A stretch of 63,048 nt of DNA from positions 1-63,048 of the IMG/VR virus record IMGVR_UViG_3300036884_000169; one strand, 5' to 3'. Under the pieces are notes generated by a model. The model made no database searches, was not told where the DNA came from, and saw nothing but the letters and a program-made list of their open reading frames with translations. Below, piece after piece: positions 19,415 through 29,184 of this stretch (the stretch's first letter is position 1; every line of letters starts with the position of its first letter). The position numbers and the translations under genes were made by a program. The DNA is from a virus. Its lineage: Duplodnaviria; Caudoviricetes.

Positions 19415-19890
19415 TGAGCGATCCAATCTTCGTTAACGGGCTTCCTGCGCAACTCACCGCGCAGGATTTCATGCGCTACCACCTACAGCAGTTCCCAAAA
19501 CTTGCTAAACCAGAGAACGTAGGCATCATCGAGGAAGCAATTGCCTCGGTGTATGCAATGTTCTATGGCGTTGGCACGATCTGGGACATCCATACGAAAG
19601 ATGTGTGGTATGACAAAACGGTGCTGTGCTATCGGCTGCTGGTAGCGTGGTACATCGCGGACACCAATCCGAAGATGCTTTCAGGGCTTCCAACGATGGG
19701 CGGGGTGCCGGTAAAGCGAAAGAAGATTGGGGACATTGACATCACCTTTGCGGACAGCATGAGTACAGAAAGTGGTGCCTACCAGGACTTGTTGTCGTCT
19801 CTTAAAAGTAATCCGTTCGGGCACAAAGCATACCTGATGCTCCGAGCAGCAGGTAAGCGCGTTATGATACGTGGCAAGACGATGGTATAA
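19414..19890 (+). CDS. Head-tail adaptor (DUF4054-like)
   Basis: F...FP, LLVAWY, V...KIGDI.I.F and L.SNPFG..Y pattern. Confidence 0.7.
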   Translation: MSDPIFVNGLPAQLTAQDFMRYHLQQFPKLAKPENVGIIEEAIASVYAMFYGVGTIWDIHTKDVWYDKTVLCYRLLVAWYIADTNPKMLSGLPTMGGVPVKRKKIGDIDITFADSMSTESGAYQDLLSSLKSNPFGHKAYLMLRAAGKRVMIRGKTMV

Positions 19891-19902
19891 AAGGAAATAA
19901 CT

Positions 19903-20115
19903 ATGGCCGGTGTAGAACCAAACAAAGGATTTTTCAGTGTGAAGCATTCATGCACGATTGGTGGCGGGCAATATCGACCGTCAATCTGCTATGAAATACC
20001 GCAGTCGCTGGAATCCACCATTAAAGAAATGGCCACAACGGGCATGGCAAGACTGTATGAATATGAAATGCGGTTTGTGTCCGGTGTCGCGCGCCCCATG
20101 CCCAAAAAGGTATAG
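19903..20115 (+). CDS. Small hypothetical virion protein
   Basis: AAGGA RBS, within the operon. Confidence 0.55.
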   Translation: MAGVEPNKGFFSVKHSCTIGGGQYRPSICYEIPQSLESTIKEMATTGMARLYEYEMRFVSGVARPMPKKV

Positions 20116-20118
20116 CAC

Positions 20119-20526
20119 ATGGCTGGTGTCTACGGGGATCAACTCGCGTACTTCCCGGAGTTGATGATTGATTATACAATATTCTCCATGGCACCAAAGA
20201 CCGGTGCAGGCTACGGTGCCAGAAGGCTATTCAGAGAAGTCGAAGGCTACTTATCGCGTAAAAGTGGGGGACAAGAATCTGTAGTAACAGACCTGCGCAC
20301 CGAAAACCAGAAGGCGGTATTTTACTGCGAAGAAAAAATGCCTGCTGCCAACATCATCCAGGGGCTGTTTGTCGAGGATGACGGGGAATTATACCAGTTC
20401 ATCATGGATAATGGGTTCGTGCGTGAAGGTGGGTTTGTTCGGCATGGGTTACAACTTGTTACCGGGAATACCGATAGGCAGACACCGCACCGAAATGTGA
20501 ACCTGGGGCTGGACGAATATAAATGA
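20119..20526 (+). CDS. Probable head-closure protein
   Basis: Position and beta-rich 135-aa sequence. Confidence 0.5.
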   Translation: MAGVYGDQLAYFPELMIDYTIFSMAPKTGAGYGARRLFREVEGYLSRKSGGQESVVTDLRTENQKAVFYCEEKMPAANIIQGLFVEDDGELYQFIMDNGFVREGGFVRHGLQLVTGNTDRQTPHRNVNLGLDEYK

Positions 20527-21323
20527 CCGAGGACTGGACCCCGGAAAATCTACCAATCATGCTGCTTAACCGCACCCTTGTTACATCAACAAGGGCCAAG
20601 CCTATCAAGATCGGTGTCGCCAGAGTGACTGCCTCGGACGAAGACTCCCTGCTGGCCTTTGACGCGGCGTTTGAAGATCGGGCGAACGACGAAGAAGATG
20701 TGGACGGGGGTAGACAAGTTCCTGATGTGGCTATGCCGAGCCGATATGAAGCAGGCGCAGACTGGCTCCAGGATTTGACGGGGCTATCCTACCAGATCAG
20801 CTATTACTTTCCCTCGTCGGTCCGCCCTAATGCCGTCGGCCTGGGAAAATATGGGCGCGATGGTATGACGTACCGTATCCTCTATGAAGCCCTATGCAAC
20901 GCCTTCAACGGTGGCCGCAGGTTTATCGAGGATTATTTTTCTTCTGTTTTCGAGTACCACATGAAATCGAAATACGACGCCGCCATTCGTGACTTGAAAC
21001 AACGGATCGCTGACGAAGCCCAGACGCGGCGTACTGCACATAAGGCATACTTGCGAAACTACACTGAATGGGCACAACCACTAACCAAAGACACGTTCAA
21101 TATGCTGGCCAGAGAAACTAAAAAAGATATTGTGGCCAGCCTTGCCTCGGGTAAGATACCACTGGCCAAAAGCCAGCTTAGCCTAAGAACCTTAGCCGCG
21201 CGTAAAAGACTTGGTATTGCGTCTGATGCAATATTTTACGCGACAGGAAACCTAATTGGGAGTATAGTGGTATCAGTAATACTACTTGATAAAGCAACTG
21301 CGGTAATAGAAGGTGAAAAATGA
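20523..21323 (+). CDS. Neck/tail-completion protein
   Basis: C-terminal L...T..ARK..G......ATG.L..SI motif. Confidence 0.6.
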   Translation: MTEDWTPENLPIMLLNRTLVTSTRAKPIKIGVARVTASDEDSLLAFDAAFEDRANDEEDVDGGRQVPDVAMPSRYEAGADWLQDLTGLSYQISYYFPSSVRPNAVGLGKYGRDGMTYRILYEALCNAFNGGRRFIEDYFSSVFEYHMKSKYDAAIRDLKQRIADEAQTRRTAHKAYLRNYTEWAQPLTKDTFNMLARETKKDIVASLASGKIPLAKSQLSLRTLAARKRLGIASDAIFYATGNLIGSIVVSVILLDKATAVIEGEK

Positions 21324-21904
21324 CAGGGCCGCGTGAAATTATATACAACGGTGTTACGTTTGAAACTATCCGGCTATGCCTCTTTAACATGTACTTTTAC
21401 CAGGAAGATATGCCGCCAGAAGCTATAGCGCAGGCTATGCAGTATGTCGTGCCGATGCAGCACAACTTTACGAATCCGCTGCAAGGTGACGAGGCTCACG
21501 ATACGTTCATTGAGTATTGGATCGCTCGGGACGCGCGTATCGCCCAGGATTTTTCACAGAGTACTCCTGACGGGGGGGAAAATGCTGCCTACAAGATGGC
21601 AGTCATCGACATTCGGTTTGTCGGTGTGGAAGCTGAGGTTTGGGCAAAAGCCTTTCATCATATTAACCAGCGTGAGCGTGTAGCCGAGATATTCTGGCAG
21701 CTATGCGGTGGGCGCATTTTGGAGGGTATCAGCGACATAATTCCTGTAAACATAGATTATTATGGCGTTGGCAATTCGTCGGTAGCATTTGACCTGACCA
21801 TAAAAGTGCAGTATAAAGAAAGTGTCGAGTTATCATGGAAACCGCTTGAGTACATTTCGCTGGCTCCCGGTGAAATCATAACAGGTGGCGTGGGTGCATC
21901 TTAA
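21320..21904 (+). CDS. Probable tail terminator protein
   Basis: Position just before the sheath gene. Confidence 0.5.
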   Translation: MTGPREIIYNGVTFETIRLCLFNMYFYQEDMPPEAIAQAMQYVVPMQHNFTNPLQGDEAHDTFIEYWIARDARIAQDFSQSTPDGGENAAYKMAVIDIRFVGVEAEVWAKAFHHINQRERVAEIFWQLCGGRILEGISDIIPVNIDYYGVGNSSVAFDLTIKVQYKESVELSWKPLEYISLAPGEIITGGVGAS

Positions 21905-21919
21905 AACTTATCGGGAGAA

Positions 21920-23611
21920 TTGGAGGGTAGTATCATTAACGTAAATTACGATGGCAGTATTGCACAGCGTAAAATGAGGTTTTCGTCCTCTGTTCAAGTC
22001 GTCATCAACGAGAAGAACGAGCTGTTTAATACCATTTCGCTCTATGTGCCAGCGTCGTATGCGCTGGGCAATATCGTGGGGTGGGAGGATTTGGCCACGG
22101 AAGTCACTGCTACGAAGCCAGTGGTGCTGACGGTGGACGTAACCAACTACGCCAAGATTATGCAGGGTTCGATGCTCAACCAGTGGATCGACGCATTCAA
22201 CCAGGACACCAACGTTGACATGCTGGTGTACCTTATCGTGTTTGATGATTCACAGACTGGTAGCTGGGCCATTGGTGCCACAAGCATCGACTATGCCCCA
22301 CTGTCCAGCGCGTTCACCAAGCTGTACTCCATCAGCTACATCAAAATGCTGTTCGATGAGCATTATGATGGCCTGGATGTGGTAATTCCCTACCCCGGCA
22401 CTCGGGCGCGGCGGATCATCAGCATCACTAACAGCACCTTGGACAGTCACACACTGCCTGCCGGGACGTATGCCTACAACGACACCATCAAGTCGTATGC
22501 CTTGGAAGTGCTGGCCGACATTGTGCTCGCTCCTTCGGGCACTATGACCGGGATCGAGCTGGTAGCCGGTACTGTAGGCGTTGACGCTGACCTGGCGACC
22601 GGAGCTATGACTATCGGCGATTTCAGCCCCACCCTTGCAGGTGGTGCGGAACTGCTGACGTTCGCCACGACTGCCATCACCCAGGGAACGGCTGCAAATC
22701 CGACCCCGGCAGCGGTCCCGTCCAAGTACTTCGATCTTTCACTTGCCCTGGCTTACCAGTGCACCTTGAATGTGAAGTTGTCGTTCTTCTGGTCGCTGGT
22801 CAAGGTAGCGCTGTCTCAGACCGGCTATCCGGTGGTTAGCAGCACGGATACCAACCCCTGCTGCATCACCAGCAAGAACTCCGCAGCACAGAAATTGGGT
22901 ATGACCGCCTTGAATATGCCTGCAACCATACCGGTTCCCAAGCCGCGCACCCAATATTACTGGGGTGCCTTGTGGCTGATCGGTGCGACAAACACTTGGG
23001 TATCGGTTCATTCCGAAGCAGTGAATGTGATTACCGAAGTACTCGGTTCCTGGTTTGCTGCCAGAAATGCGTCGGGGCAGTACATTGGCAACAAACTGTC
23101 GCTGCTGCGCTTGTCTGGATCGAAGATCAAGCCCCTGGGCTACACTTCGTGGCTGAACTCGGAAGTGAATGAAAATTACGCTGCCGTGTTCGACCAGCTC
23201 GATGCTATGAACGTCGGGTACTTGATGACCATCGCCGACAACACACCACAGGATTGTGCGCTGTCCTCAGCCAGAGGGATCACCGGGTTGCCTGTTACCG
23301 CCATGATGATTTCTAAATACGTGGATTACCAAAGTGCCCAGGATTGCGCCAAGCTCATCACCGACAAGGGCACCTTGACGGACCCGGTGTTGACGGATGC
23401 AAGCGCGTACACCAAAATCCAGAACATCGTGAAAACCAACCTCATGTTGTTTGTGGCCACCAACCGACTGACCCAGATCAGTCTTCAATTTCCTCCGTTC
23501 GCTGTTGCCAAAACCGGCATGACGAAGTTGGAAGCCGCCAGCGCCTGGTCCGCCAAGTACGTTGATGATCTTGATTCGATCACCGTTACGGGCGGTATTA
23601 CCGCAAGTTAA
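21920..23611 (+). CDS. Contractile tail sheath protein
   Basis: 563 aa, position, and a C-terminal Y...LDSITVTG.I typical of DUF3383-like sheaths. Confidence 0.7.
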   Translation: MEGSIINVNYDGSIAQRKMRFSSSVQVVINEKNELFNTISLYVPASYALGNIVGWEDLATEVTATKPVVLTVDVTNYAKIMQGSMLNQWIDAFNQDTNVDMLVYLIVFDDSQTGSWAIGATSIDYAPLSSAFTKLYSISYIKMLFDEHYDGLDVVIPYPGTRARRIISITNSTLDSHTLPAGTYAYNDTIKSYALEVLADIVLAPSGTMTGIELVAGTVGVDADLATGAMTIGDFSPTLAGGAELLTFATTAITQGTAANPTPAAVPSKYFDLSLALAYQCTLNVKLSFFWSLVKVALSQTGYPVVSSTDTNPCCITSKNSAAQKLGMTALNMPATIPVPKPRTQYYWGALWLIGATNTWVSVHSEAVNVITEVLGSWFAARNASGQYIGNKLSLLRLSGSKIKPLGYTSWLNSEVNENYAAVFDQLDAMNVGYLMTIADNTPQDCALSSARGITGLPVTAMMISKYVDYQSAQDCAKLITDKGTLTDPVLTDASAYTKIQNIVKTNLMLFVATNRLTQISLQFPPFAVAKTGMTKLEAASAWSAKYVDDLDSITVTGGITAS

Positions 23612-23625
23612 GGAGAAGCAACAAA

Positions 23626-24402
23626 ATGGCTTTTGCAAATAACCGCGCTGCGGTACACCCAAGAAGTAGTTTCCAGACTGCCGGGGGCACAATTTTGAAG
23701 TTCCGGCATCCGTTCCTGGCCGGGCAGATCAGCGGTGTCGCGGTCATCGACGAAATTGACGTGTCCCGAGCGGTAAAGCTCAATGACACGTTCCTTGACG
23801 CGATGCCCTCGCACGACAGTTCGTTACAAGAAGTTTTGGTCGATGGTTCGGTGCTGACCATCACCAACCACCTGATGGCTGGTAAGATGACGATCCCCGT
23901 AGTGCGAACTACAGGCTTGGTCGGAACCGGTGACTTTATTGCCGCAGCACATTTAGTCATCGCATCCAAGGATGACATTGGTGGCACGTTTACCCAGATC
24001 GAAACGATTCAGGGTAAACGGATCATCACGATATTCTACGGTGTATCGTTCTCGAACGTACCCCACATGAAGAAGGCTGGCAATGCCGTTGTCACCTACC
24101 CTGTCGTGATGTTGTACGCTGGCTGGGTCCAGGGTGTGTCTGGCGACAGCGCATTCAGCGAAAAAACCATCTGGGGCGTTGGTAACAAGTACGGCCTCAA
24201 GAAAGTGTACGCACCGTACAGCATCCAGGCTGCTGAAAGCCCTGACTTCTATAGTGGTACGCCTTTCGGAAGCAACGCAGCAGTTGAAGGTGGCGCTGAT
24301 ATTGATGCATACGACGACAAGACTGGCGATGTGAACGCCACGGTTATCGACACCAGTGCAACGGGCACAAACGGTGGAACCGTCGTGAACTGGCCAGCAT
24401 AA
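23626..24402 (+). CDS. Tail tube protein
   Basis: Follows the sheath gene, is beta-rich and is followed by a terminator. Confidence 0.65.
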   Translation: MAFANNRAAVHPRSSFQTAGGTILKFRHPFLAGQISGVAVIDEIDVSRAVKLNDTFLDAMPSHDSSLQEVLVDGSVLTITNHLMAGKMTIPVVRTTGLVGTGDFIAAAHLVIASKDDIGGTFTQIETIQGKRIITIFYGVSFSNVPHMKKAGNAVVTYPVVMLYAGWVQGVSGDSAFSEKTIWGVGNKYGLKKVYAPYSIQAAESPDFYSGTPFGSNAAVEGGADIDAYDDKTGDVNATVIDTSATGTNGGTVVNWPA

Positions 24403-24422
24403 GGCCAAGCTGTCGGAATCTC

Positions 24423-24458
24423 GGGCAAGGTAGGTTACACTGCCTTGCCCATATTTTT
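24423..24458 (+). terminator. Rho-independent terminator
   Basis: GGGCAAGGTAG-GTTACA-CTGCCTTGCCC followed by ATATTTTT. Confidence 0.7.
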
Positions 24459-24474
24459 ATCAGGAGAACATGGT

Positions 24475-24981
24475 ATGCAAAATGACGATCTTGCCCAGGC
24501 AATCACCGGCAATGAGAAACCAAGAAGCTTTATCCTCGATGCATCAATCCTGGACTACGAACAGGAGTACAAAATTGTTTGTGAGGATGTGAAGCAGAAC
24601 AGTATCATTTTCAGTTTCCCCAGCGGGGTGAATAAACTTGACCTGCTGGAAGAGTGCCGGGCGCTGACGCAACTTGATGATTTTGACATGATGTTTGACA
24701 TCACCATGCAAATGCTGGTAGATAAAGATTTGGTAATATCGGTGCGGGACACCCACGGTACGCCGGTGGAAATGGCTGCGGTGCATGTTACCGATCGGTA
24801 CATGAATCTGCGTGGTGACAACTTCATCGACGAATACCCGGTCGTAGTAACCTGGCTAACCGAGTTCATAAGCGGTATGCTATCAAAAAAGTTTCCGACG
24901 ACACCGCCGAAGCAAAAACAAGCGCAAGAGAACGATGAAAAGAAAAAGAAAGTCGTATACAAGACCAATTCCCAGGTATAG
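24475..24981 (+). CDS. Tail assembly chaperone, copy 1, with A_AAA_AAG slippery site
   Basis: Lies between tube and tape measure genes. In-frame heptamer at 24885-24891. Confidence 0.65.
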   Translation: MQNDDLAQAITGNEKPRSFILDASILDYEQEYKIVCEDVKQNSIIFSFPSGVNKLDLLEECRALTQLDDFDMMFDITMQMLVDKDLVISVRDTHGTPVEMAAVHVTDRYMNLRGDNFIDEYPVVVTWLTEFISGMLSKKFPTTPPKQKQAQENDEKKKKVVYKTNSQV

Positions 24982-24990
24982 TATACTTTT

Positions 24991-25542
24991 ATGACATACA
25001 CAGAAGTATTGGCTAAAATGCCAGAAGACTTACCAAGGAAGCCTATCATTATTGGCGACGTAGCCGTGGCACGAACACAGCTCGGCAACGTGTTTGTATG
25101 CTCTGTCGAAGACTATGATTTAGTCAAACGCCATAAAATAACCGAACGAAATGACTTTGGGTATGTTGAGTTCAGAGAAAACTACAAATCAGTAAAACTT
25201 AATCGACTAATAGCAAACAGGCTTGGAGCTAAGCCAAATGAAATGCTTGATCACATAGATGGCAACAAGCTTAATTACCTACGCAGTAACGTTAGAGTAG
25301 CAACGAGAGGTGAAAACAACATGAACAGGCATGTGATAAATAACAAGACTGGGTATGCCGGGGTAACATTCATGCGTGGAAGATACACCGCGAAGTTGCA
25401 AGCGCGTGGTAAGTTTGTACACGTAGGATGCTTTAACACAGCAGAGGAAGCAGCCACCGCGAGGAACGCCGCAGCTATAGTACACCATGGTGCGTTTGCA
25501 GCACTAAATATCATAAAGGTGCCTGTCCTTGAACAAGCTTGA
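24991..25542 (+). CDS. Free-standing HNH-AP2 homing endonuclease
   Basis: LDHIDGNKLN..RSNVR, N.TGY.GV and GCF.TAEEAA.A.N.AA...HG.FA.LN motifs. Confidence 0.92.
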   Translation: MTYTEVLAKMPEDLPRKPIIIGDVAVARTQLGNVFVCSVEDYDLVKRHKITERNDFGYVEFRENYKSVKLNRLIANRLGAKPNEMLDHIDGNKLNYLRSNVRVATRGENNMNRHVINNKTGYAGVTFMRGRYTAKLQARGKFVHVGCFNTAEEAATARNAAAIVHHGAFAALNIIKVPVLEQA

Positions 25543-26140
25543 CGCCAGTATTCTGGATTACACGCAGGAGTACCAACAACTCCGTACAGGCATCAGAGAT
25601 AAGACGACATTTAAGTATACCGGGATGCCTATTGACATAGACTTATTATTGAAGTGCAGGGTACTGACTTCAATGGACGACATGCAGACAAAATGGGAGT
25701 ACACTAAAGCAGTAGCCGGAAACGTTAATATATCAGTACTAATAGATTCCGTGGAGATGTGCTGCCTTGACGGATTCAATAAAGCAGGAGAATCTGAGTA
25801 CATAAACGAGTATCCGTGGATAGCATTATGGCTGATAGACGATATTTGTAGTAAACTGTCCGAGGAAGTAAGCGACGCCTGGAAAAGCTCAAAGCGCTCC
25901 GTCCCAAGCGTCGAACCAGGAGACGAAGAAGAAGGTGCATCGGGGGTAGACATCGCGTCTATTGTCAAAACTCATTTCGGGGATAGCCTACTTTTTTTCT
26001 GCTATGAGTTCATGACTGAGTGCCCAGGGGCAGGAAGGCCGCGATCATTCTTAGAACTGTTTGAGTTTATGCGGTTTATGAAGACAAAAAGCGTTGTAAA
26101 AAGTGTACTCATAGAATCAACATCGACAAGGACTGAATGA
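25529..26140 (+). CDS. Tail assembly chaperone, copy 2 (paralog with C-terminal extension)
   Basis: Shares LDASILDY.QEY, LL..CR.LT..DD and I.EYP....WL with copy 1. Confidence 0.65.
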   Translation: MNKLDASILDYTQEYQQLRTGIRDKTTFKYTGMPIDIDLLLKCRVLTSMDDMQTKWEYTKAVAGNVNISVLIDSVEMCCLDGFNKAGESEYINEYPWIALWLIDDICSKLSEEVSDAWKSSKRSVPSVEPGDEEEGASGVDIASIVKTHFGDSLLFFCYEFMTECPGAGRPRSFLELFEFMRFMKTKSVVKSVLIESTSTRTE

Positions 26141-29100
26141 TGGATAGAGAAACGAAAAGACGTATGCTCAATGAGTTCACTGTCACGTCAGACCTTAATT
26201 TGCCCAGCGGGCAGGTAAACGCAACGGGCATTGAAAGAGAAATTAAAAATATCTTGAAGTCTCTTTCTGATGCTGGTGTTGTTTTACAACAGACAGTCAC
26301 CGATCTTAAAAAGGGAACTCGTAGCACGACGTTTGCGTACCCCGGCCCATCAGGTATTCAGGCAGCAGTTACTGCAAACATCGCAGAAGTAGTAAATAAG
26401 AACGGCGAAAAAAACCCAACAATTAAAATTAGTGAGCAGAGACGGGCACAGTACTTAGAAGACCAGGAGCAAATTGCGAACGCACGAGCGGGTGCTGCAT
26501 ACAATAAAGAAGTCGTAAAGAGTGGCGGTGCGGTATCAATTGATAAGAGTACCGGTGTTACTACCTCGCTCATAAAATCAAGGGAAGCCAAACGGTTACG
26601 CACGATAGTCGATGAAGGTGAAATAGCATACACAGCCGGTTTAGCAGGCTCTACCATATCGCAAGCGTCGTATGCGACTCCCTACGACAAGGCATACGCC
26701 GGTATTTCACAGCGAGAAAATATGGGAGTTGCCGAGAAAAAGGCTAAGGCCGATTTCATAAGACTAAACCCACACAGCGATCTTGCAAAAGAAGAAGCAG
26801 AAAAGAAAAGCCAGGAGGCTAAGAAACAGGCGGCTGCGACTCCCTACAACAAGGCATACGCCGGTATTTCACAGCGAGAAAATATGGGAGTTGCCGAGAA
26901 AAAGGCTAAGGCCGATTTCATAAGACTAAACCCACACAGCGATCTTGCAAAAGAAGAAGCAGAAAAGAAAAGCCAGGAGGCTAAGAAACAGTCGGCACAG
27001 AAAGCACAAAGCGCAAAGGGTGCAATGCTCGGTATTGTATCGACTGTTGCTGCCGTAGTCGGTACATCTATCGGCGTATTGACGAAGATACTCGGCGGTG
27101 TTTTGGAAACTGCCAAGGCTACGACGAAAATGATGCTTGATGGTACACGGTTTAATATGTCGTCTACTGAAATGAACAAGCTTGCAGGTATAGCGGCGAA
27201 CATGCAGTTTGACCTAAAAGAAGGTAGCCCATTTCCTGCTATATTTGGTGGTATTGTTGGCAAATATGGTAATGTGAACAGTTCTGGATTTAAGGAAGCT
27301 ATTAAGGCATCAGCTCCGTTTGCACGAGAAGACTCCCCTATAATGCTCGGTTTGATTAACGGTGAATACACAAATCCACAGCAGTTAATGGATGCTATGC
27401 TTGCCGTATCATTGAACGCTACATTATCTGGGCGGGGTGGTGTCAAAGAAGGCATGTCTGTTGGGGCTGCGCATATGGTGAACATGCCAAATGTTGAAAC
27501 CTTTATTGGCAGCGCACAGGGCGCGGAAATGTATAATTTAATGATGAACGATATGATCAAAAATAAAACAGCGTACAAAGGCAGGACATTTACACCGGAA
27601 GAAGCACATGAATACTATTATACGATGGGAGGTGCAAATGCGGTAGGAACTGCGGATGTGGTAGTCCCAAGTACTAATGCTCGGGGAGCAGCAGAGAATA
27701 GAACAAAAGATTTGACGGAAGTAGGCCAAATATGGGAAGGCTTAAAAAGTGAAGTATTCACTAAAATGCTCGATTATTTAGGGCAGATTTTAGGTGTTGT
27801 GCGCGGCATGTTGCGGCCACTTTTAAGAACGCTTGACCCCAGTGCAGCAGCCAGAGAAGATGCCAAAGCACGCGCCATGAATGAAAGACTGGTAGGGGAG
27901 CACACTGCGGCCATAAATACACTAATTCCCAAAGGCATGAAGTATGCGGAGGCTGTAAAATTATCTAATCTTTCTATAAAAGCAGACGCTGGTGATAGAG
28001 CCGCCGACGCCGAACTCGGCAAATTACTCGGAGGTCGGGAAAACGCAGATACATGGGTAGATAAAAATGCGGCACTTATAAAGCATTTTCAAATGCTGAA
28101 TTATGTTAATAATAATAAAGTGAATAATGATTTTTCATACGGCGCAGAAGAAATTGATGTTGCTATGCAGATGGAAAATGACTCAATAAATAGATTCTAT
28201 CGGCGTAAAGATAGGCTAAAAGAAGTAGATGAAAAAATAGATAGGGGTGGCACAACTGAGATACTAATTACCGACACTCCTTTTATGCACACCCCTGGTA
28301 TGAGCAATGATGTTATGGGGATGCTAAAATTGCAGGAGCAAGCGAAAAAGAATACTGACTTTGTTGTACAGGCAGACAAGTTGATAACAGGTAGTAGATT
28401 AAGTGATTTACATAGTAATAAAAACTTCATGTCGTTAAAGCATATTACGTCACTAGAAGAGCTGCGTAAATTAGAACAACGAACTAAGGACCCTAAACTA
28501 CCACAAAAAGATAAAGACCAGGCTTTTAAGGATTTGGCTGCCGCTCGTGCAGATAATGATAGCGCAGTAAAGATGATAAAAGCCGCCGGTGGAAGCTCTC
28601 TTGAAATGGAGGATATTCGCAACGGTAAGTACAAAGATGCAAAGCTAAATAACGAAGAAATGCGTGTTCTACTTAGCCTTAGTGAGATTAGCGAGCGCAA
28701 CAAGAACACTGGCAGGTCTTCCGCACCAGAATGGCGTACACTACTTGCAAAAGAAAACCCTGCTGTTATAAAATCTTTAGTTGAAAAACTTAAAGTGGGG
28801 GCTAATAACCAAGAAAACATTCAGGATTTGTACGATATATTGTATTCTAAAGCACCGATTTCAGCCGTAGATGCACAGGCGGCAGGAACCAAAGCTGCGA
28901 ATGCTGAGTTAGAAAGAGCACAGCGTGAGGCAGTCAAGCTTCATGGTAGCACAGTAAAACAGGACGCCGCAACAAAAGAAAAGAGTCAGGGAGCACCTGT
29001 GGGTGCTGTAGATGGTAAAATATCATTTGCAATATCTATACCTGGTGGGCAGACTGTGCATGGTGTGGCAACGAAAGATGGTGTAACATCTACTATTACC

Positions 29101-29172
29101 GGGCAATCAAACGGGCCTTCGATAGAGAACCTTGTATTTAACCGCAGCCTGGTACAGCAACCAATTGCGTAA
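26137..29172 (+). CDS. Tape measure protein
   Basis: Longest tail ORF, Ala/Lys-rich and helical, with a hydrophobic segment. Position fits. Confidence 0.75.
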   Translation: MMDRETKRRMLNEFTVTSDLNLPSGQVNATGIEREIKNILKSLSDAGVVLQQTVTDLKKGTRSTTFAYPGPSGIQAAVTANIAEVVNKNGEKNPTIKISEQRRAQYLEDQEQIANARAGAAYNKEVVKSGGAVSIDKSTGVTTSLIKSREAKRLRTIVDEGEIAYTAGLAGSTISQASYATPYDKAYAGISQRENMGVAEKKAKADFIRLNPHSDLAKEEAEKKSQEAKKQAAATPYNKAYAGISQRENMGVAEKKAKADFIRLNPHSDLAKEEAEKKSQEAKKQSAQKAQSAKGAMLGIVSTVAAVVGTSIGVLTKILGGVLETAKATTKMMLDGTRFNMSSTEMNKLAGIAANMQFDLKEGSPFPAIFGGIVGKYGNVNSSGFKEAIKASAPFAREDSPIMLGLINGEYTNPQQLMDAMLAVSLNATLSGRGGVKEGMSVGAAHMVNMPNVETFIGSAQGAEMYNLMMNDMIKNKTAYKGRTFTPEEAHEYYYTMGGANAVGTADVVVPSTNARGAAENRTKDLTEVGQIWEGLKSEVFTKMLDYLGQILGVVRGMLRPLLRTLDPSAAAREDAKARAMNERLVGEHTAAINTLIPKGMKYAEAVKLSNLSIKADAGDRAADAELGKLLGGRENADTWVDKNAALIKHFQMLNYVNNNKVNNDFSYGAEEIDVAMQMENDSINRFYRRKDRLKEVDEKIDRGGTTEILITDTPFMHTPGMSNDVMGMLKLQEQAKKNTDFVVQADKLITGSRLSDLHSNKNFMSLKHITSLEELRKLEQRTKDPKLPQKDKDQAFKDLAAARADNDSAVKMIKAAGGSSLEMEDIRNGKYKDAKLNNEEMRVLLSLSEISERNKNTGRSSAPEWRTLLAKENPAVIKSLVEKLKVGANNQENIQDLYDILYSKAPISAVDAQAAGTKAANAELERAQREAVKLHGSTVKQDAATKEKSQGAPVGAVDGKISFAISIPGGQTVHGVATKDGVTSTITGQSNGPSIENLVFNRSLVQQPIA
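26673..26991 (+). repeat. Near-perfect tandem duplication, period 162 bp (54 aa), in the tape measure gene
   Basis: 26673-26829 matches 26835-26991 with one visible mismatch. Confidence 0.92.
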
Positions 29173-29184
29173 TAAGGAGCATAT

